Shown piece after piece: positions 24,533 to 36,549 of a stretch of 64,000 bases of DNA (the first letter of the stretch is position 1; each line of letters starts with the position of its first letter). The notes under the pieces are model-generated. The model was given only the letters and a program-made list of their open reading frames with translations. It had not been told where the DNA came from and searched no databases. Position numbers and translations under genes: made by a program. This DNA comes from Escherichia virus TH54, in sequence record MT446420.1. One strand, written 5' to 3'.

Positions 24533-24865
24533 TTATTTATAAAGTTTTGCCAGTTCTTTACGTCCGCGAGCAGACATAATAAATTGTTCATCGCCAATTT
24601 TAAAATAAGCCATACCGCCGTCAACAGCGATACCAATTTCTTTAGTACCTTCTTTGCCTTTCCACTTGCCACCAGATTTCAGGACAGCTTCAACTGCAGC
24701 TTTGGAATATTTGGACGTTTGAAAACGTTCATTACCAATCTGAAAGAAAACACCATCTGCATTTTTGGTTAAACCAAATTTCAGAGAGCCTTCACTATCA
24801 TCAATTGATTTGGTCTCATTGATGGCGGATTCGGCTAAAAACTCGTTGTAAGTCTTGATGTTCAT
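24533..24865 (-). CDS. internal-protein-like (ipI locus position)
   Basis: 110 aa from MNIKTYNEFLAE; immediately upstream of 57B as ipI is in T4. Confidence 0.55.
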   Translation of the reverse strand: MNIKTYNEFLAESAINETKSIDDSEGSLKFGLTKNADGVFFQIGNERFQTSKYSKAAVEAVLKSGGKWKGKEGTKEIGIAVDGGMAYFKIGDEQFIMSARGRKELAKLYK

Positions 24866-24867
24866 TT

Positions 24868-24925
24868 TAACTCCGTTTGTTCGTTGGTGTAGGAACATAA
24901 TACTGCACCTACACTCATTTGTACA

Positions 24926-24927
<2 letters not shown>
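24868..24927 (-). promoter_or_regulatory. early promoter (-35 GTGTAC, -10 TATTAT inside GTGTAGG inverted repeat)
   Basis: minus strand GTGTACAaatgagtgtaggtgcagTATTATgttcctacac. Confidence 0.5.
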
Positions 24928-25613
<686 letters not shown>

Positions 25614-25614
<1 letters not shown>

Positions 25615-26291
25615 TATATTACCTTATTAATTTTATCAAAAAGTTCTTCGAGTGTGCCATTGTTTTTAATAACAATGTCACTAGCTAGTGGTGGAAGTCC
25701 AGCTTCCGTAATGTGTGTATCAGTAGAATGATTTGCTTCATCGCGTTCTACAAAAATTATTGTAGCACCCATCGCCCGAAGCGAATCAAGTTCGTTCTTT
25801 TGGCGAACATCAGGGACAACGTAATATTTATATCCAGAATAAAGGTTGTCAAGATAGTCGCATGCAAAAGTTTTAATCCAAAACATGCTGTCGAACTCTG
25901 TACAAACGATGTCAGTTCCAAGGGTCTGCATGAAACGTCTAACCGTCCAGGGCTCAACATTATTTAGTGTGTGAAATTCAATGATTTTACGAACCATATC
26001 TGGATTCGGAAGGTCAAGATTGTATTGTTGTTTCAACCATTCAAGAGCATCAACCAGAAGAATATAAGCTTCGGTGTTGTTCATTATCAAGGTTTTTTCA
26101 CGGTCATAACCTTGTCCATCAAAATTTTCCAGGGTCAAATTGTGTGGTAGGTCTTGACGAATCCACGCTTTATAAAGCGCTTCTTTAATCGGACCCGCAA
26201 GCTGCCACTTTGTTCCGTTTTGACTAATAACATAATCAGCAGTCGTATCTTTACCACTGCGTTTTTTACCCACAATCGCAATTAATTTCAT
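25614..26291 (-). CDS. 1: dNMP kinase (gp1)
   Basis: 225 aa with P-loop GKKRSGKDTTAD; colinear with T4 gp1. Confidence 0.85.
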
Positions 26292-26887
26292 ACGTTTCTC
26301 ATAGATGGATGCATTGACTTAGACCTGATTTCCTGTTGCATTGCTGCATTACTATCAATCTGTGGTCTACCTTCTATTATTATACCATCAATTTCTACAG
26401 CAAAAGACTTGAAGTTGAAAGTTGCTGTTGCGTTGATAGCCGGGTCAGAATCTTCTTTATATGAATACTGAATCTCTGACAGGTCGGACGGCCATGCTCC
26501 ATAGTAATGGATTGACATGACAATTTTGTCCTTGTTGTTATCTAAGATATGAAGCGTGACCGCTTCGGGACGACCCTTCGGATGCCATGCTTTTGATTCG
26601 TGTGTGATGTAGTTGTTGAGCGAGAGCATCCATTTATAGATGTCAAGCCACGCTCTTAAGTCTTTGTCACACAGAAAGTTAACAATCAGTGGGTCGAATT
26701 CTATTGTACTACCAGGAAGACTGGAGCGATTTATACCTTGTGTTCCCCCAGGGACATCCGTCACAGGAATGTGAACTCCAGGGAGGGTAACGTCTTGAAC
26801 GTTGAGTTTAAAGGTCTGTGTGAGGTTTGAATCGCTTACCTCTAATATAAAGTTAGTCGTGTTAGTTTGATTATATAAACCTGACAT
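26288..26887 (-). CDS. 3: tail completion / sheath stabiliser gp3
   Basis: synteny between genes 1 and 2; start placed at internal Met MSGLYNQ, uncertain. Confidence 0.55.
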   Translation of the reverse strand: MSGLYNQTNTTNFILEVSDSNLTQTFKLNVQDVTLPGVHIPVTDVPGGTQGINRSSLPGSTIEFDPLIVNFLCDKDLRAWLDIYKWMLSLNNYITHESKAWHPKGRPEAVTLHILDNNKDKIVMSIHYYGAWPSDLSEIQYSYKEDSDPAINATATFNFKSFAVEIDGIIIEGRPQIDSNAAMQQEIRSKSMHPSMRNV

Positions 26888-26972
26888 AGTGCACCTTGTT
26901 TGCTTTAAAACAATCAGTGTTATAATGGTTCTAGACCTTTTGTCCTTACCAATAACACTGACCGATAATAGA

Positions 26973-27806
26973 TTATGAATTTCTCCATACTTTCTGGGAA
27001 GAGAATCTTTTGCCTTTCGACATAAATTGTTGCAACGGAAGCATAACAACGTTTGCCCAGTCGCTGGGCTTGATTTCAGTGATAGTACCTTTTATATTGC
27101 CAGGTATATATGCTTTAATCATCTGGTCAGCCCCTTTAAATCCCTTCACCTTTGACCAATCAATCTTTAGATGAGTCTTGTTTGTAATCGTAGGGGTATT
27201 AGCATATTGCTTAAGAAGTTCCTCAAGGAACTCTTGGCGTGCCTTCGGTGGAATATAGTGCAAGTTCAAACCATACATCAAATTATGCTTACCTAGACCA
27301 AGATAAATGATTAACGGATATTTGTCCCAGTATGGAAGAGTATCCTTATGCTTTGCATCATAGATATAAGCATAAAGTTTACCTGGTTGAGGTTTAGCCG
27401 TTACGTGGCCGCGAACTGATTTCTTAATTGTCTCTGCGAACCATCTGGCAGATTTGGTGTTGCTTGCAGCGCCTTCGTTGGCAATCTTATCTCTTATGCT
27501 CTTTCTAAAGCTATTCACCATTATCAGCTGGCGTTCTGCCTTCGTAAGTTTACCAGCAGGTTTCTTTTTGAGTTTGGATACTTTATAAGCAGTCTGAATT
27601 CTCGAATTGTATCTTGACATGCTTTTGGTAAAGGTCGAATAGTTGATTCCTTTCTCTTCAGCAAACTTCTTCGAGGTCATTCCCTTTTCTTTTGCTGTAT
27701 AAAATTCAACCCCTATCTCAACCCATTGTTGTTCGGATTTACTGGGTTTCGGACCTGGTTTATCTACAGATTCATTGATAAATGTAAAAATACTCATCCT
27801 TTCCAT
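26973..27806 (-). CDS. 2: DNA end protector gp2
   Basis: 277-aa basic protein in gene 2 position between 3 and 4. Confidence 0.7.
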   Translation of the reverse strand: MERMSIFTFINESVDKPGPKPSKSEQQWVEIGVEFYTAKEKGMTSKKFAEEKGINYSTFTKSMSRYNSRIQTAYKVSKLKKKPAGKLTKAERQLIMVNSFRKSIRDKIANEGAASNTKSARWFAETIKKSVRGHVTAKPQPGKLYAYIYDAKHKDTLPYWDKYPLIIYLGLGKHNLMYGLNLHYIPPKARQEFLEELLKQYANTPTITNKTHLKIDWSKVKGFKGADQMIKAYIPGNIKGTITEIKPSDWANVVMLPLQQFMSKGKRFSSQKVWRNS

Positions 27807-28243
27807 CCTAATTTTTTCAGTGAGTTTTCAGTGATTATCCTGAACGTTATACCCATTTTATCTGCGGTAGCTTGCGCAGCTTTCCATTTGTCAGAGTTAA
27901 CGCTCCAAGTGTACATCTCGTTAATAAATCTCTTTTTACTCGCGGCTGTATTATTGACCGGTTTGGTTGGAGGTCTTGTTTCTTTTAATGGCTTAACTTC
28001 AAAAAAGAACTGTTGTCCTGTATCAAACTTAACCCAGAAATCCATATAATATCTGCGCTTTTTACCTTCAGCATTGCAGAAGTATGGAATAATCACAGTC
28101 TCAGAGCCCCATTGAACAACGTTCGGATGGTTGTCTAGCCATCTCATCAGCCACGCCTCCCAGCTTGACCGGTATTGTATTTTCTTCCAGTCGCCCTTAT
28201 ATTTTTCTATATTAGTGGGCTTAAATTTCCCGGAGTATGCCAT
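27794..28243 (-). CDS. 4: head completion protein gp4
   Basis: 149 aa; T4 gp4 length and position, divergent from gene 53. Confidence 0.8.
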   Translation of the reverse strand: MAYSGKFKPTNIEKYKGDWKKIQYRSSWEAWLMRWLDNHPNVVQWGSETVIIPYFCNAEGKKRRYYMDFWVKFDTGQQFFFEVKPLKETRPPTKPVNNTAASKKRFINEMYTWSVNSDKWKAAQATADKMGITFRIITENSLKKLGWKG

Positions 28244-28271
28244 ATAGCCTCCTAATAAATATTGATATACT

Positions 28272-28279
28272 TATTTATA
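28272..28279 (-). promoter_or_regulatory. late promoter TATAAATA for gene 4
   Basis: exact octamer on minus strand about 27 nt upstream of gp4 ATG. Confidence 0.5.
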
Positions 28280-28291
28280 AATGGAGGCTTT

Positions 28292-28894
28292 ATGCTTTTT
28301 TCATTTTTTAACCCAATTGATTATGATGCAAAAACAATCAGAAAAAATTCAGCATCATTGACGAAAGAAGACGTCTTAAGCATTCCAATGACTGACATCT
28401 TCAGAAACTACCGTGCTTATTTCGATAAGGTCGCTGCTAATTATACGCCAAAAACCTATTACATCGCAGGAGCTCCGAGGCCTGAAGAATTAGCATATCA
28501 GCTCTATGGGAATACGCAGCTATATTGGGTTCTCCTTATGCTCAATGATATCTATGACCCTTATTATGGTTGGCTCGGCTCTCAGGAATCATCTTACCAG
28601 GCATCTATTCAGAAATATTCGAATGTTGGTGGTAACCAGGTCCTTTATCATGTGAATGAAAACGGCGAGAAGTTCTGGAACCTTGTTTCTTATCCTGATA
28701 ATCCATACACATGGTACGATAAAGGTGATAAGAACAAATTATACCCGCAGTATGAAGGTCCATTAGCTGCGGTGGATATCTATGAAGATGCTATCCGTAA
28801 AAATGAATACAAACGCGAAATAAAAATAATTGACCCGGAAGACATTGAGTCATTTATTTCCGCGCTTATCCGTGAAATGGAGAAGGCATTATGA
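28292..28894 (+). CDS. 53: baseplate wedge protein gp53
   Basis: starts MLFSFFNPIDYDAKT with GGAGG SD; colinear with T4 gp53. Confidence 0.85.
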   Translation: MLFSFFNPIDYDAKTIRKNSASLTKEDVLSIPMTDIFRNYRAYFDKVAANYTPKTYYIAGAPRPEELAYQLYGNTQLYWVLLMLNDIYDPYYGWLGSQESSYQASIQKYSNVGGNQVLYHVNENGEKFWNLVSYPDNPYTWYDKGDKNKLYPQYEGPLAAVDIYEDAIRKNEYKREIKIIDPEDIESFISALIREMEKAL

Positions 28895-30633
28895 TTAATA
28901 TGTCAGATAATGTAAGTTGGTTCGTCGGGGTTGTTGAAGACCGAATGGACCCACTTCAGCAAGGTCGTGTACGTGTTCGCGTATGGGGTATGCATCCATA
29001 TGAGAAAGCACAAGGGCCAGTAAAAGGTATCAGAACTGAAGACCTTCCTTGGATGTCAGTATTGATGCCAACATCATCTGCATCGGTTTCTGGAATTCAA
29101 ACTGCCATGACTGGTATGGTCCCGGGAACCCAAGTGTATGGTCACTTTTTAGACAAGTGGAAGCTCAACGGTCTTGTCATTGGCACATATGGTTCAGCCT
29201 CAAGACAAAAAGCAAATCCTAACGAAGGTTTCTCTGACCCCACCGGGCAATATCCGCTTTATATAGGTAATGATGCTGCTGCGCTTAACCGTGGAGGCGA
29301 AGTCGGTTATGGTGCCACTTCGAACGTAATACAAGATGCAAACCTTGATTTGGGTATTAACCCGGATGGTCTTGATTTGAGTCAGGTTAAACCAGATGAT
29401 AATCCTAATTTCACAATTGAAAATATGCTTCATCGTGATGAAGGTCTTCGTTTGAAAGTATATTGGGACACCGAGGGTTATCCTACTATAGGTATAGGGC
29501 ACTTAATTGCACCACAACCTATTAGAGATATGAATCAGATAAACAAAATATTATCTAATCAAATAGGCCGTGAAGTTAAAGGTAACCCTGGTGCAATATC
29601 AATGGACGAGGCTTCTAAGTTATTCCAGGAAGACCTTAAAAAAGTCCAAAATGATATAGGCAAGCATAGTGTTGTAGGTCCGGTTTACAATAAAGAAAAC
29701 CGTTCGAGACAAATGGCTCTTGAAAACATGGCTTTCCAAATGGGATTAGGTGGATTGGCTAAATTCCGTGGAATGCTTAGTGCAATGTTAATAGGTGATT
29801 ATAAGAAGGCATTTGAGGAAGCTCGCAATTCAGTATGGTTTAACCAAACTAAAGGGCGTGCATCAAGAGTATCAATGATTATCCTTACCGGTAATATGGA
29901 ATCATATGGTATTATGGCCCCTAAAGAAAGAGAATTTAATGGCCGTTCTTATAGGATGATTCAAACCTTTGCAGCCCCTACAAATTCTGACCCGGCCGAC
30001 CCGTGGACTCCAGAAGATACGAGGATTCTGTTTAAAGAACCAGAATCAAGTTACAAGGGTGAATATCCTTACGTGCAGACAATGCAAACTGAAGGCGGTC
30101 ATATTCAGGAATTCGATAATACACCCGGGCAAGAACGTTATCGACTGATTCACCCGACCGGGTCCTATGAGGAAGTTGCACCAGATGGCCGTAAAACTTC
30201 GAAGACTGTTGCCGATGGTTATTATATGACCCAGGGTGATTCGAGTACTTATGTTGGTGGTAATAATAAAGTCAACGTTGGCGGTGATGAAACCTATTAC
30301 AATATGGCTAATGTTCGACGTCAGACTGATGGAAACGAAAGTATTCATATCAGAGGGAATGAAACCAAAACTATCGAAGGTGATGGTACAATTATCGTCA
30401 AAGGTAATGTAAGTATTCTTGTCGAAGGTAATGCTGAAATAACTGTTAAAGGTGATGCAAAAACTCTTGTCGAAGGTAACCATGATTATACGGTAAATGG
30501 TAATGTCAAATGGTCTGTTAATGGAAACGTTGATATGACCGTGGCTGGCAATTGGTCCGAAACAATGTCAACAATGAGTTCAATTGCATCTGGTCAATAT
30601 ACTATTGATGGTTCGAGGATTGACATTGGCTAA
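28891..30633 (+). CDS. 5: baseplate hub / tail lysozyme gp5
   Basis: 580 aa; internal T4-lysozyme-like domain (YWDTEGYPTIGIGHLI) and C-terminal VxGxxxxx beta-helix repeats. Confidence 0.92.
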   Translation: MINMSDNVSWFVGVVEDRMDPLQQGRVRVRVWGMHPYEKAQGPVKGIRTEDLPWMSVLMPTSSASVSGIQTAMTGMVPGTQVYGHFLDKWKLNGLVIGTYGSASRQKANPNEGFSDPTGQYPLYIGNDAAALNRGGEVGYGATSNVIQDANLDLGINPDGLDLSQVKPDDNPNFTIENMLHRDEGLRLKVYWDTEGYPTIGIGHLIAPQPIRDMNQINKILSNQIGREVKGNPGAISMDEASKLFQEDLKKVQNDIGKHSVVGPVYNKENRSRQMALENMAFQMGLGGLAKFRGMLSAMLIGDYKKAFEEARNSVWFNQTKGRASRVSMIILTGNMESYGIMAPKEREFNGRSYRMIQTFAAPTNSDPADPWTPEDTRILFKEPESSYKGEYPYVQTMQTEGGHIQEFDNTPGQERYRLIHPTGSYEEVAPDGRKTSKTVADGYYMTQGDSSTYVGGNNKVNVGGDETYYNMANVRRQTDGNESIHIRGNETKTIEGDGTIIVKGNVSILVEGNAEITVKGDAKTLVEGNHDYTVNGNVKWSVNGNVDMTVAGNWSETMSTMSSIASGQYTIDGSRIDIG

Positions 30634-30643
30634 TATACTTCCA

Positions 30644-31165
30644 ATGAGCACTGACCTAGGAGACTCCATGGAAGGAGCTTCAATCGATGTTACGTTTACA
30701 GCTCAATTAGAAACAAACGAAACATTAGTCGAAATAAATATAACTGAATATGAGGCCACCCTTGGCGTTAATGTTGAGGGTAATCATCTTTATGGTGTTT
30801 ATGAATCCGTGTTCGGATTTGCAGATGATGCGCTTAAATATCGGCTTAATGATGAATTCAAAACTGCTGGTTCATGGGAAGACCTTCCTACAGATAAGAG
30901 TACTCAATTGTATCTCTGGAGGGCCCCAGCGAGCCTCCAGAAGGTCTTTTCATACACGGTAACCCTAACCTATGACTTTCAAGAAGAGAGCTCTGGTGGA
31001 GACACAGGGACCTCTGGTGGCAGTAATAGCCGTACAGGTAATGAGACCGACCCACCTCCTGCTCCAGTAAGAAAGACAATGACAAAAGTTTACACAAAAA
31101 CTATCGTCGGCAACTGGTCAAGATGGGCAGATAAATTGCGTTCATACGTATACGCGAGGGATTAA
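30644..31165 (+). CDS. 5.1: gp5.1-like hypothetical protein
   Basis: ORF from [11 protein letters not shown] between gp5 and gp5.4. Confidence 0.55.
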   Translation: MSTDLGDSMEGASIDVTFTAQLETNETLVEINITEYEATLGVNVEGNHLYGVYESVFGFADDALKYRLNDEFKTAGSWEDLPTDKSTQLYLWRAPASLQKVFSYTVTLTYDFQEESSGGDTGTSGGSNSRTGNETDPPPAPVRKTMTKVYTKTIVGNWSRWADKLRSYVYARD

Positions 31166-31458
31166 TGGCTGGATTAAGTTTCAATCAATGTGTTACAGCA
31201 GGTCATGAAGCCTGGCCACCGACTGTAATCAATGCAACTCAAGGTAAAGTATTCACCGGGGGAATTCCGGTATTAGTTGCCGGAGACCCTATTACCGAGC
31301 ATACCGAAATTAAAAAACCATATGAAACCCACGGCGGAGTAACACAACCAAGAACTCCGAAGGTATTCGTTACCGGCAAGAAAGCTGTTCAAATGGCAGA
31401 CCCGATTTCATGTGGTGATACTGTGGCTCAAGCCTCATCAAAAGTCTTTATAAAATAG
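31165..31458 (+). CDS. 5.4: PAAR-repeat tail spike tip protein gp5.4
   Basis: 97 aa, position and size of T4 gp5.4. Confidence 0.75.
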   Translation: MAGLSFNQCVTAGHEAWPPTVINATQGKVFTGGIPVLVAGDPITEHTEIKKPYETHGGVTQPRTPKVFVTGKKAVQMADPISCGDTVAQASSKVFIK

Positions 31459-31466
31459 GAAATAAA

Positions 31467-33425
31467 ATGGCTACTCCTACGAATTACCAATTAACAAGAA
31501 CCGTTAACGCTATCCCAAAAGTATTTGTGGGAGCTACGTTTGAAGAAATTAAAAAGAACATCATCGACTGGCTATCAAGCCAGGATGAATTTAAGGATTA
31601 TGATTTCGTAGGTTCGCGAATGAATATCCTGATTGATATGCTTGCATATAATACATTGTATATGCAACAGTTTGCTAATACAGCAGTTTATGAATCATTT
31701 ATCGGAACTGCAAACCTAAGGTCTTCGGTTGTTCAGGCTGCACAGGATAATGGTTATCTTCCATCTTCGCGTTCGGCCGCAAAGACTTCGGTTATGCTAA
31801 CATGTTCTCATGCTCTCCAACCATCGAATATTGAAATTCCGCGCGGGACCAAGTTCCTGGCTTATGCTCGTGATACATCAGCTGACCCTTATATGTTTGT
31901 CACAACGGATAATGTAATCGCGGTAAAAGACATTAATAACCAATATCTGCCGATTGTATCCCTTGCACAAGGCCGCATTATTCGTACCGAACTTTTGTAT
32001 GACCCGAAACAGCCTATTCTTATTCGTGACCCGGATATTGACCGAAAAGAAGTTAAGCTTTTTGTGAACGGCATCGAGTGGACTGACTGGACAAACAAAT
32101 CAATGGTTCATGCTGGTTCAACGTCCACCATTTTCTATATGCGTGAAACTGTTGATGGTAATACCGAATTCTTCTTCGGTGAAGGTGAATCGACCAAATC
32201 TGTTGCCGGTGGCGTATTGGAAGCAAACTATATTGGTGGACTGAAACCCGTACAGGATTCAACAATTGTTATCGAATATCTTCGTACATCAGGGGCTGAT
32301 GCAAATGGTGCAGTTGACTTCAGCTATGCTGACTCCTTGTCTTATATCACTGTTGACAAGATTACCGAAAACTATAATAATGATAAAGATTACGTTGGAG
32401 CTGATGGCGGCGGTGACCCGGAAGATATTGAACGAATCCGCGAACTGGCTGTAGTTAAACGTGAAGCGCAGATGCGTGCTGTCACCGGGACTGATTATGA
32501 TACCTTCGTATCAGAAAGATTTGGCTCAATCGTACAAGCCGTACAGACGTTTACGGACGCAAATAAACCTGGGTATGCGTTTATATCAGTTAAGCCTAAA
32601 TCGGGCTTGTATCTCACCGCAGTGCAGCGTGAGGACATCAAAAACTACCTTAGTGAGTTCAACGTATCGACAATTACACCATCAGTTATTTCTCCTGATT
32701 ATTTGTTCCTTAAACATAATATCAAAGTGTCTTATGCACTGAATAAATTACAGGAATCTGAACAGTGGCTGCAAGCACAAATCATTAACCAGATTGACCG
32801 CTATTATATCGATGAAGTTGAATTGTTTAACCACAGTTTTGCTAAATCGAAAATGCTCACTTATGTGGATAATACTGACCATAGTATTTTGGGTTCGTCT
32901 GCAACGGTGACAATGGTTCGTGAAGTCTTGAACTTCTTTAAGACTCCAGAATCAGGCATTAAATATTATAATCAATATACTAATAGGTCTGTGGAATCAA
33001 GCGAATTCGAATTTATTCCAACTAACCAAAGCGATACTGTTACCTCATATAACGTCCGTATTGTAGCGACTGACCGCAACTCATCAGGCGATGGTAAAAT
33101 GGTCATTGGTCCGTTCCGTCCAGGTGATGTTCAGCTTAATACGAATATTCAACCTTATACAGGTAATGACTTTAATAAGATGACTGCACCAGCTGACCAG
33201 ACTCAATACTTTGTAATCGGTGAAATTGATTATTGGTCTGATTATATCTTCTGGGACATCGCTGCGATTGGTTTGACTTCGGACCGTTTTGAAGTGCAAT
33301 CAATCGAATTGTATGCAGGTCCAGTCCAGGACAATATCTATACAAAAGACGGTTCGCTTATCGTATTCGAAAATGACCTTCGTCCACAGTATACGACTAT
33401 TAATTTAGAACCAATTACATTATAA
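31467..33425 (+). CDS. 6: baseplate wedge protein gp6
   Basis: 652 aa, T4 gene order 5.4-6-7. Confidence 0.9.
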   Translation: MATPTNYQLTRTVNAIPKVFVGATFEEIKKNIIDWLSSQDEFKDYDFVGSRMNILIDMLAYNTLYMQQFANTAVYESFIGTANLRSSVVQAAQDNGYLPSSRSAAKTSVMLTCSHALQPSNIEIPRGTKFLAYARDTSADPYMFVTTDNVIAVKDINNQYLPIVSLAQGRIIRTELLYDPKQPILIRDPDIDRKEVKLFVNGIEWTDWTNKSMVHAGSTSTIFYMRETVDGNTEFFFGEGESTKSVAGGVLEANYIGGLKPVQDSTIVIEYLRTSGADANGAVDFSYADSLSYITVDKITENYNNDKDYVGADGGGDPEDIERIRELAVVKREAQMRAVTGTDYDTFVSERFGSIVQAVQTFTDANKPGYAFISVKPKSGLYLTAVQREDIKNYLSEFNVSTITPSVISPDYLFLKHNIKVSYALNKLQESEQWLQAQIINQIDRYYIDEVELFNHSFAKSKMLTYVDNTDHSILGSSATVTMVREVLNFFKTPESGIKYYNQYTNRSVESSEFEFIPTNQSDTVTSYNVRIVATDRNSSGDGKMVIGPFRPGDVQLNTNIQPYTGNDFNKMTAPADQTQYFVIGEIDYWSDYIFWDIAAIGLTSDRFEVQSIELYAGPVQDNIYTKDGSLIVFENDLRPQYTTINLEPITL

Positions 33426-33447
33426 GCCTCTTCGGAGGCTTTAAGGA
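33424..33447 (+). terminator. hairpin AGCCTCttcgGAGGCT after gp6
   Basis: UUCG-loop GC hairpin; weak U-tract. Confidence 0.35.
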
Positions 33448-33453
33448 ATCTTA

Positions 33454-36400
33454 ATGACTGTTAAAGCCCCTTCTGTTACTAGCTTGCGGATTGATAAACT
33501 ATCTGCCAACCAAGTTAGTATTAAATGGGATGATGTAGGCTCCAACTTTTACTATTTTGTGGAGATTGCACAAATCACAGAAAATGGAGTACGCATCCCA
33601 ACCAGAGATTTAATTTGGCGTGACCTTGGTTATACCGCAGACAATGAATGGTTCGAGCAGGAATATATTCGTCCGTTAACAAGTTATCAGATGCGTGTGT
33701 CTGTTGCGGCAATGGGCTTCGAACGGTCTGATTGGGAATATACCGAAGAATTTGAAACTTTTGCAACAAACGCATATACTTTTGAACATATGCGTGAATT
33801 TAGTTTGGCTAATAAGTTCATTGAAGAAAAATTCACTAATAACAATCAGAGTTATATCAACTTTAACAATGATGCTATTATGGCCTCATTGATGTCCGAA
33901 GACTTTACATGGACCTCCGCATATTCTCATTTGTCTTCAATCTCGAACTATGTTTTACAAGAAGACCAATATCACGAAATCCAGGGACCGATTCAAGCCG
34001 TCTGTGTTGACCAAAACCGCACGATGCTTGCTGAACTTGGTGGAGTTCTTTATCTGTTTGAACGTTTTCAGCCAATGGTTAAAGTCTCCAATGACAAAGG
34101 CCAGAACTGGTATTACATAAGACTCTTTAACGAGCGGGTCGGTAACCCTGTATCAAGAACTGTATATTACCAGACTGATACCACAACTTACGTTCTTGGA
34201 TATGACCGCATATTCTATGGCCGTCAATCAAGCGATATAAGATGGTCTGCAGATGATGTTCGATTCAGTTCTGAAGATATTACATTTGCTAAAGTCGGTT
34301 CGGATATTAATCTTGGATTTGATATTGAAATCTTCGGTAACTATGCAAGACTTCCGGCTTATATTTCGCAAATAGCAGAAGCTATTACGGTTTCGGATGA
34401 GTTCATTTATGTTGCGGCTCGTGGTCGTGTATATAAAGCAAAAACCTCTGATGCGCCGATTGATACAACCCCAGGGTCTCCGACCTTTGGTGAAAAACTA
34501 TTTGAAACTGGTTACAGTACAATTACGGCGAACCCTAAAGCGGTTTGCTATAAAATGGATTCAGTTCAAGGTCATACGTTTGCATTAATTACTGGTGAAG
34601 TTAAAGAAGAAAGACAAGACCCAACTAAACCTGAAAACGTTGTTGACTCTCTGGATAAAGGCGTTTATAAATTAGACCCTGTTACTGATACATGGACGAG
34701 AGTTTTTGGTAATACAGAAGAAGAACGACGCCGAATCGAACATGGTTATGCGAGCATGTCAACTGATGGCATCGAGGTGTTCTTTAGCTCCAGTAACTTC
34801 AAATATTCGGTTGAGCCTGATACTGAACTCCCTCTTAAATATCCTGATGAAGTTAACGAAGCAGTCAAATATGTTTACGACGAACAATGGATACATGATA
34901 AGCATTACCTGATGATGAGCTTCAGGGCTGGTGAAGATTCTGGCTTCGAAGAGTTCAAACCAGGTCGTATGACTTACTATGCAGAGCCGTTCTTTAACTG
35001 GTCAAGACGTGACGATACTCGTTGTTGGATTACGACTTCAGACCGAGCAATGGTCGTCTATAATGATGTTCTTTATCAGTATATCATCGATACATTTAGT
35101 GGAACTTCCCCGGAACGTATCGTGCATGAATATTGGAACAAAGGTCAAGTAACGATTACTGCACCTAACATCGAATTCAATGGCTTTAAAAAATATGCCT
35201 CCGGGATTATGCTTCATAAAAATACCGGGGAATTAATTGGCTATTTTGAGTTTGACTATCGCGTGCGCGATGAAGTGCGTATCATCTGGAAGCCAAAAGA
35301 AATTATGCTTATGGCCGAACTGCAAAACCAGGAACATGATATTCCATGGACTCCAGAAAATGAGAACAAAGAAAAAGACCCTGACCTGCAGCCATTATTA
35401 ACGAAGATGGTTCCGGATAGTTATCTTTTGCAGGATAGTAAATTTGAAAAATTCTGTGAATATTATTTGCAGTTCATCAGTGATGGTTCCGGTACATATT
35501 ATAACAACCTGCTGAATCTTATTCGTAACCAATATCCACGCGAGGAAGATGCATGGGAATACCTCTGGAGTGAAATGTACAAACGCAACATTTACCTCTC
35601 CAAGGAAAAACGTGACGAAGTTGTTCGATTCTTCCAGGCCCGACAGTCTGATTTTTGGGCAACAAAAGGCACAGAAGCATCTTATAAATTCCTGTTCAAA
35701 TTACTGTATAATGAAGATGTTGAAATTGACATCGAATCCAAGAACGGAACCGAGTATGATATCGTAGTTGAATCTGATAATATCAGTGAAGACATCGTAG
35801 GCCAAACCATTTATACCGCAACTGGTCGCAGTAATGTGACTTATATGGAGCGCGATTATAAAGATGGTAAATTAAGATGGCGCATTACGATTCATAACCT
35901 CCTGGGGCGTTTTATTGTTGGTCAAGAAATTAAATCAGAAAGAACCTCATTCGAGGGGATGATTGTGCAAGGTGTTCGTGGTAAAGAGTTGTTGAGCAAC
36001 AACATCGATTATATTAATCGTAACCGCTCTTATTACGTAATGACAATTAAGTCAAACCTTCCAACCTCTCGTTATCGTAATGATGTTTTGAGATTTGTTC
36101 ACCCGGTTGGATTTGGATTCATCGGTATTACGTTGCTGACAATGTTTGTTAACGTTGGTTTGACTCTTAAACACACCGAGACAATCATTAATAAATTAAG
36201 TAACTATAGATGGTCTTCTGGTATTCCGTCTGAATGGAATGACCGAGTTGCGGTGATTGGTGTTGATGGTACTATTGAGAAAAACCCTACCACAGGCGAA
36301 GCAATATATAACATCGCTCCTAATGCTGGTCAGCCTTTCCCATTACCAGCGGATTATGATGCCGAGAATGATTTCTCCATGTTCTATGGGTTGTTACCGT

Positions 36401-36549
36401 CACAACGTCGTGGAAAATATAGTCCACTGTTTGACCAGTCGGCTGTTACATTCTCAAATTGGAGAGCATTAGTTGACCAACGTCTTAAAGATGATATTGG
36501 TAATCCAAGAGACCCGGTTAATCCTACACAGGTAAATGTAAATGAATAA
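33454..36549 (+). CDS. 7: baseplate wedge protein gp7
   Basis: 1031 aa, matches T4 gp7 size and position. Confidence 0.9.
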   Translation: MTVKAPSVTSLRIDKLSANQVSIKWDDVGSNFYYFVEIAQITENGVRIPTRDLIWRDLGYTADNEWFEQEYIRPLTSYQMRVSVAAMGFERSDWEYTEEFETFATNAYTFEHMREFSLANKFIEEKFTNNNQSYINFNNDAIMASLMSEDFTWTSAYSHLSSISNYVLQEDQYHEIQGPIQAVCVDQNRTMLAELGGVLYLFERFQPMVKVSNDKGQNWYYIRLFNERVGNPVSRTVYYQTDTTTYVLGYDRIFYGRQSSDIRWSADDVRFSSEDITFAKVGSDINLGFDIEIFGNYARLPAYISQIAEAITVSDEFIYVAARGRVYKAKTSDAPIDTTPGSPTFGEKLFETGYSTITANPKAVCYKMDSVQGHTFALITGEVKEERQDPTKPENVVDSLDKGVYKLDPVTDTWTRVFGNTEEERRRIEHGYASMSTDGIEVFFSSSNFKYSVEPDTELPLKYPDEVNEAVKYVYDEQWIHDKHYLMMSFRAGEDSGFEEFKPGRMTYYAEPFFNWSRRDDTRCWITTSDRAMVVYNDVLYQYIIDTFSGTSPERIVHEYWNKGQVTITAPNIEFNGFKKYASGIMLHKNTGELIGYFEFDYRVRDEVRIIWKPKEIMLMAELQNQEHDIPWTPENENKEKDPDLQPLLTKMVPDSYLLQDSKFEKFCEYYLQFISDGSGTYYNNLLNLIRNQYPREEDAWEYLWSEMYKRNIYLSKEKRDEVVRFFQARQSDFWATKGTEASYKFLFKLLYNEDVEIDIESKNGTEYDIVVESDNISEDIVGQTIYTATGRSNVTYMERDYKDGKLRWRITIHNLLGRFIVGQEIKSERTSFEGMIVQGVRGKELLSNNIDYINRNRSYYVMTIKSNLPTSRYRNDVLRFVHPVGFGFIGITLLTMFVNVGLTLKHTETIINKLSNYRWSSGIPSEWNDRVAVIGVDGTIEKNPTTGEAIYNIAPNAGQPFPLPADYDAENDFSMFYGLLPSQRRGKYSPLFDQSAVTFSNWRALVDQRLKDDIGNPRDPVNPTQVNVNE

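Noticed and set aside
28276-28283. Plus-strand late promoter for gene 53 (TATAAATG)
   Set aside because: One mismatch to the strictly conserved TATAAATA; the exact octamer is on the opposite strand and serves gene 4. Gene 53 may be transcribed from it only weakly or by read-through.
30046-30483. 145-aa minus-strand ORF inside gp5
   Set aside because: Lies over the repetitive beta-helix coding region of gp5; repeat-driven open frame.
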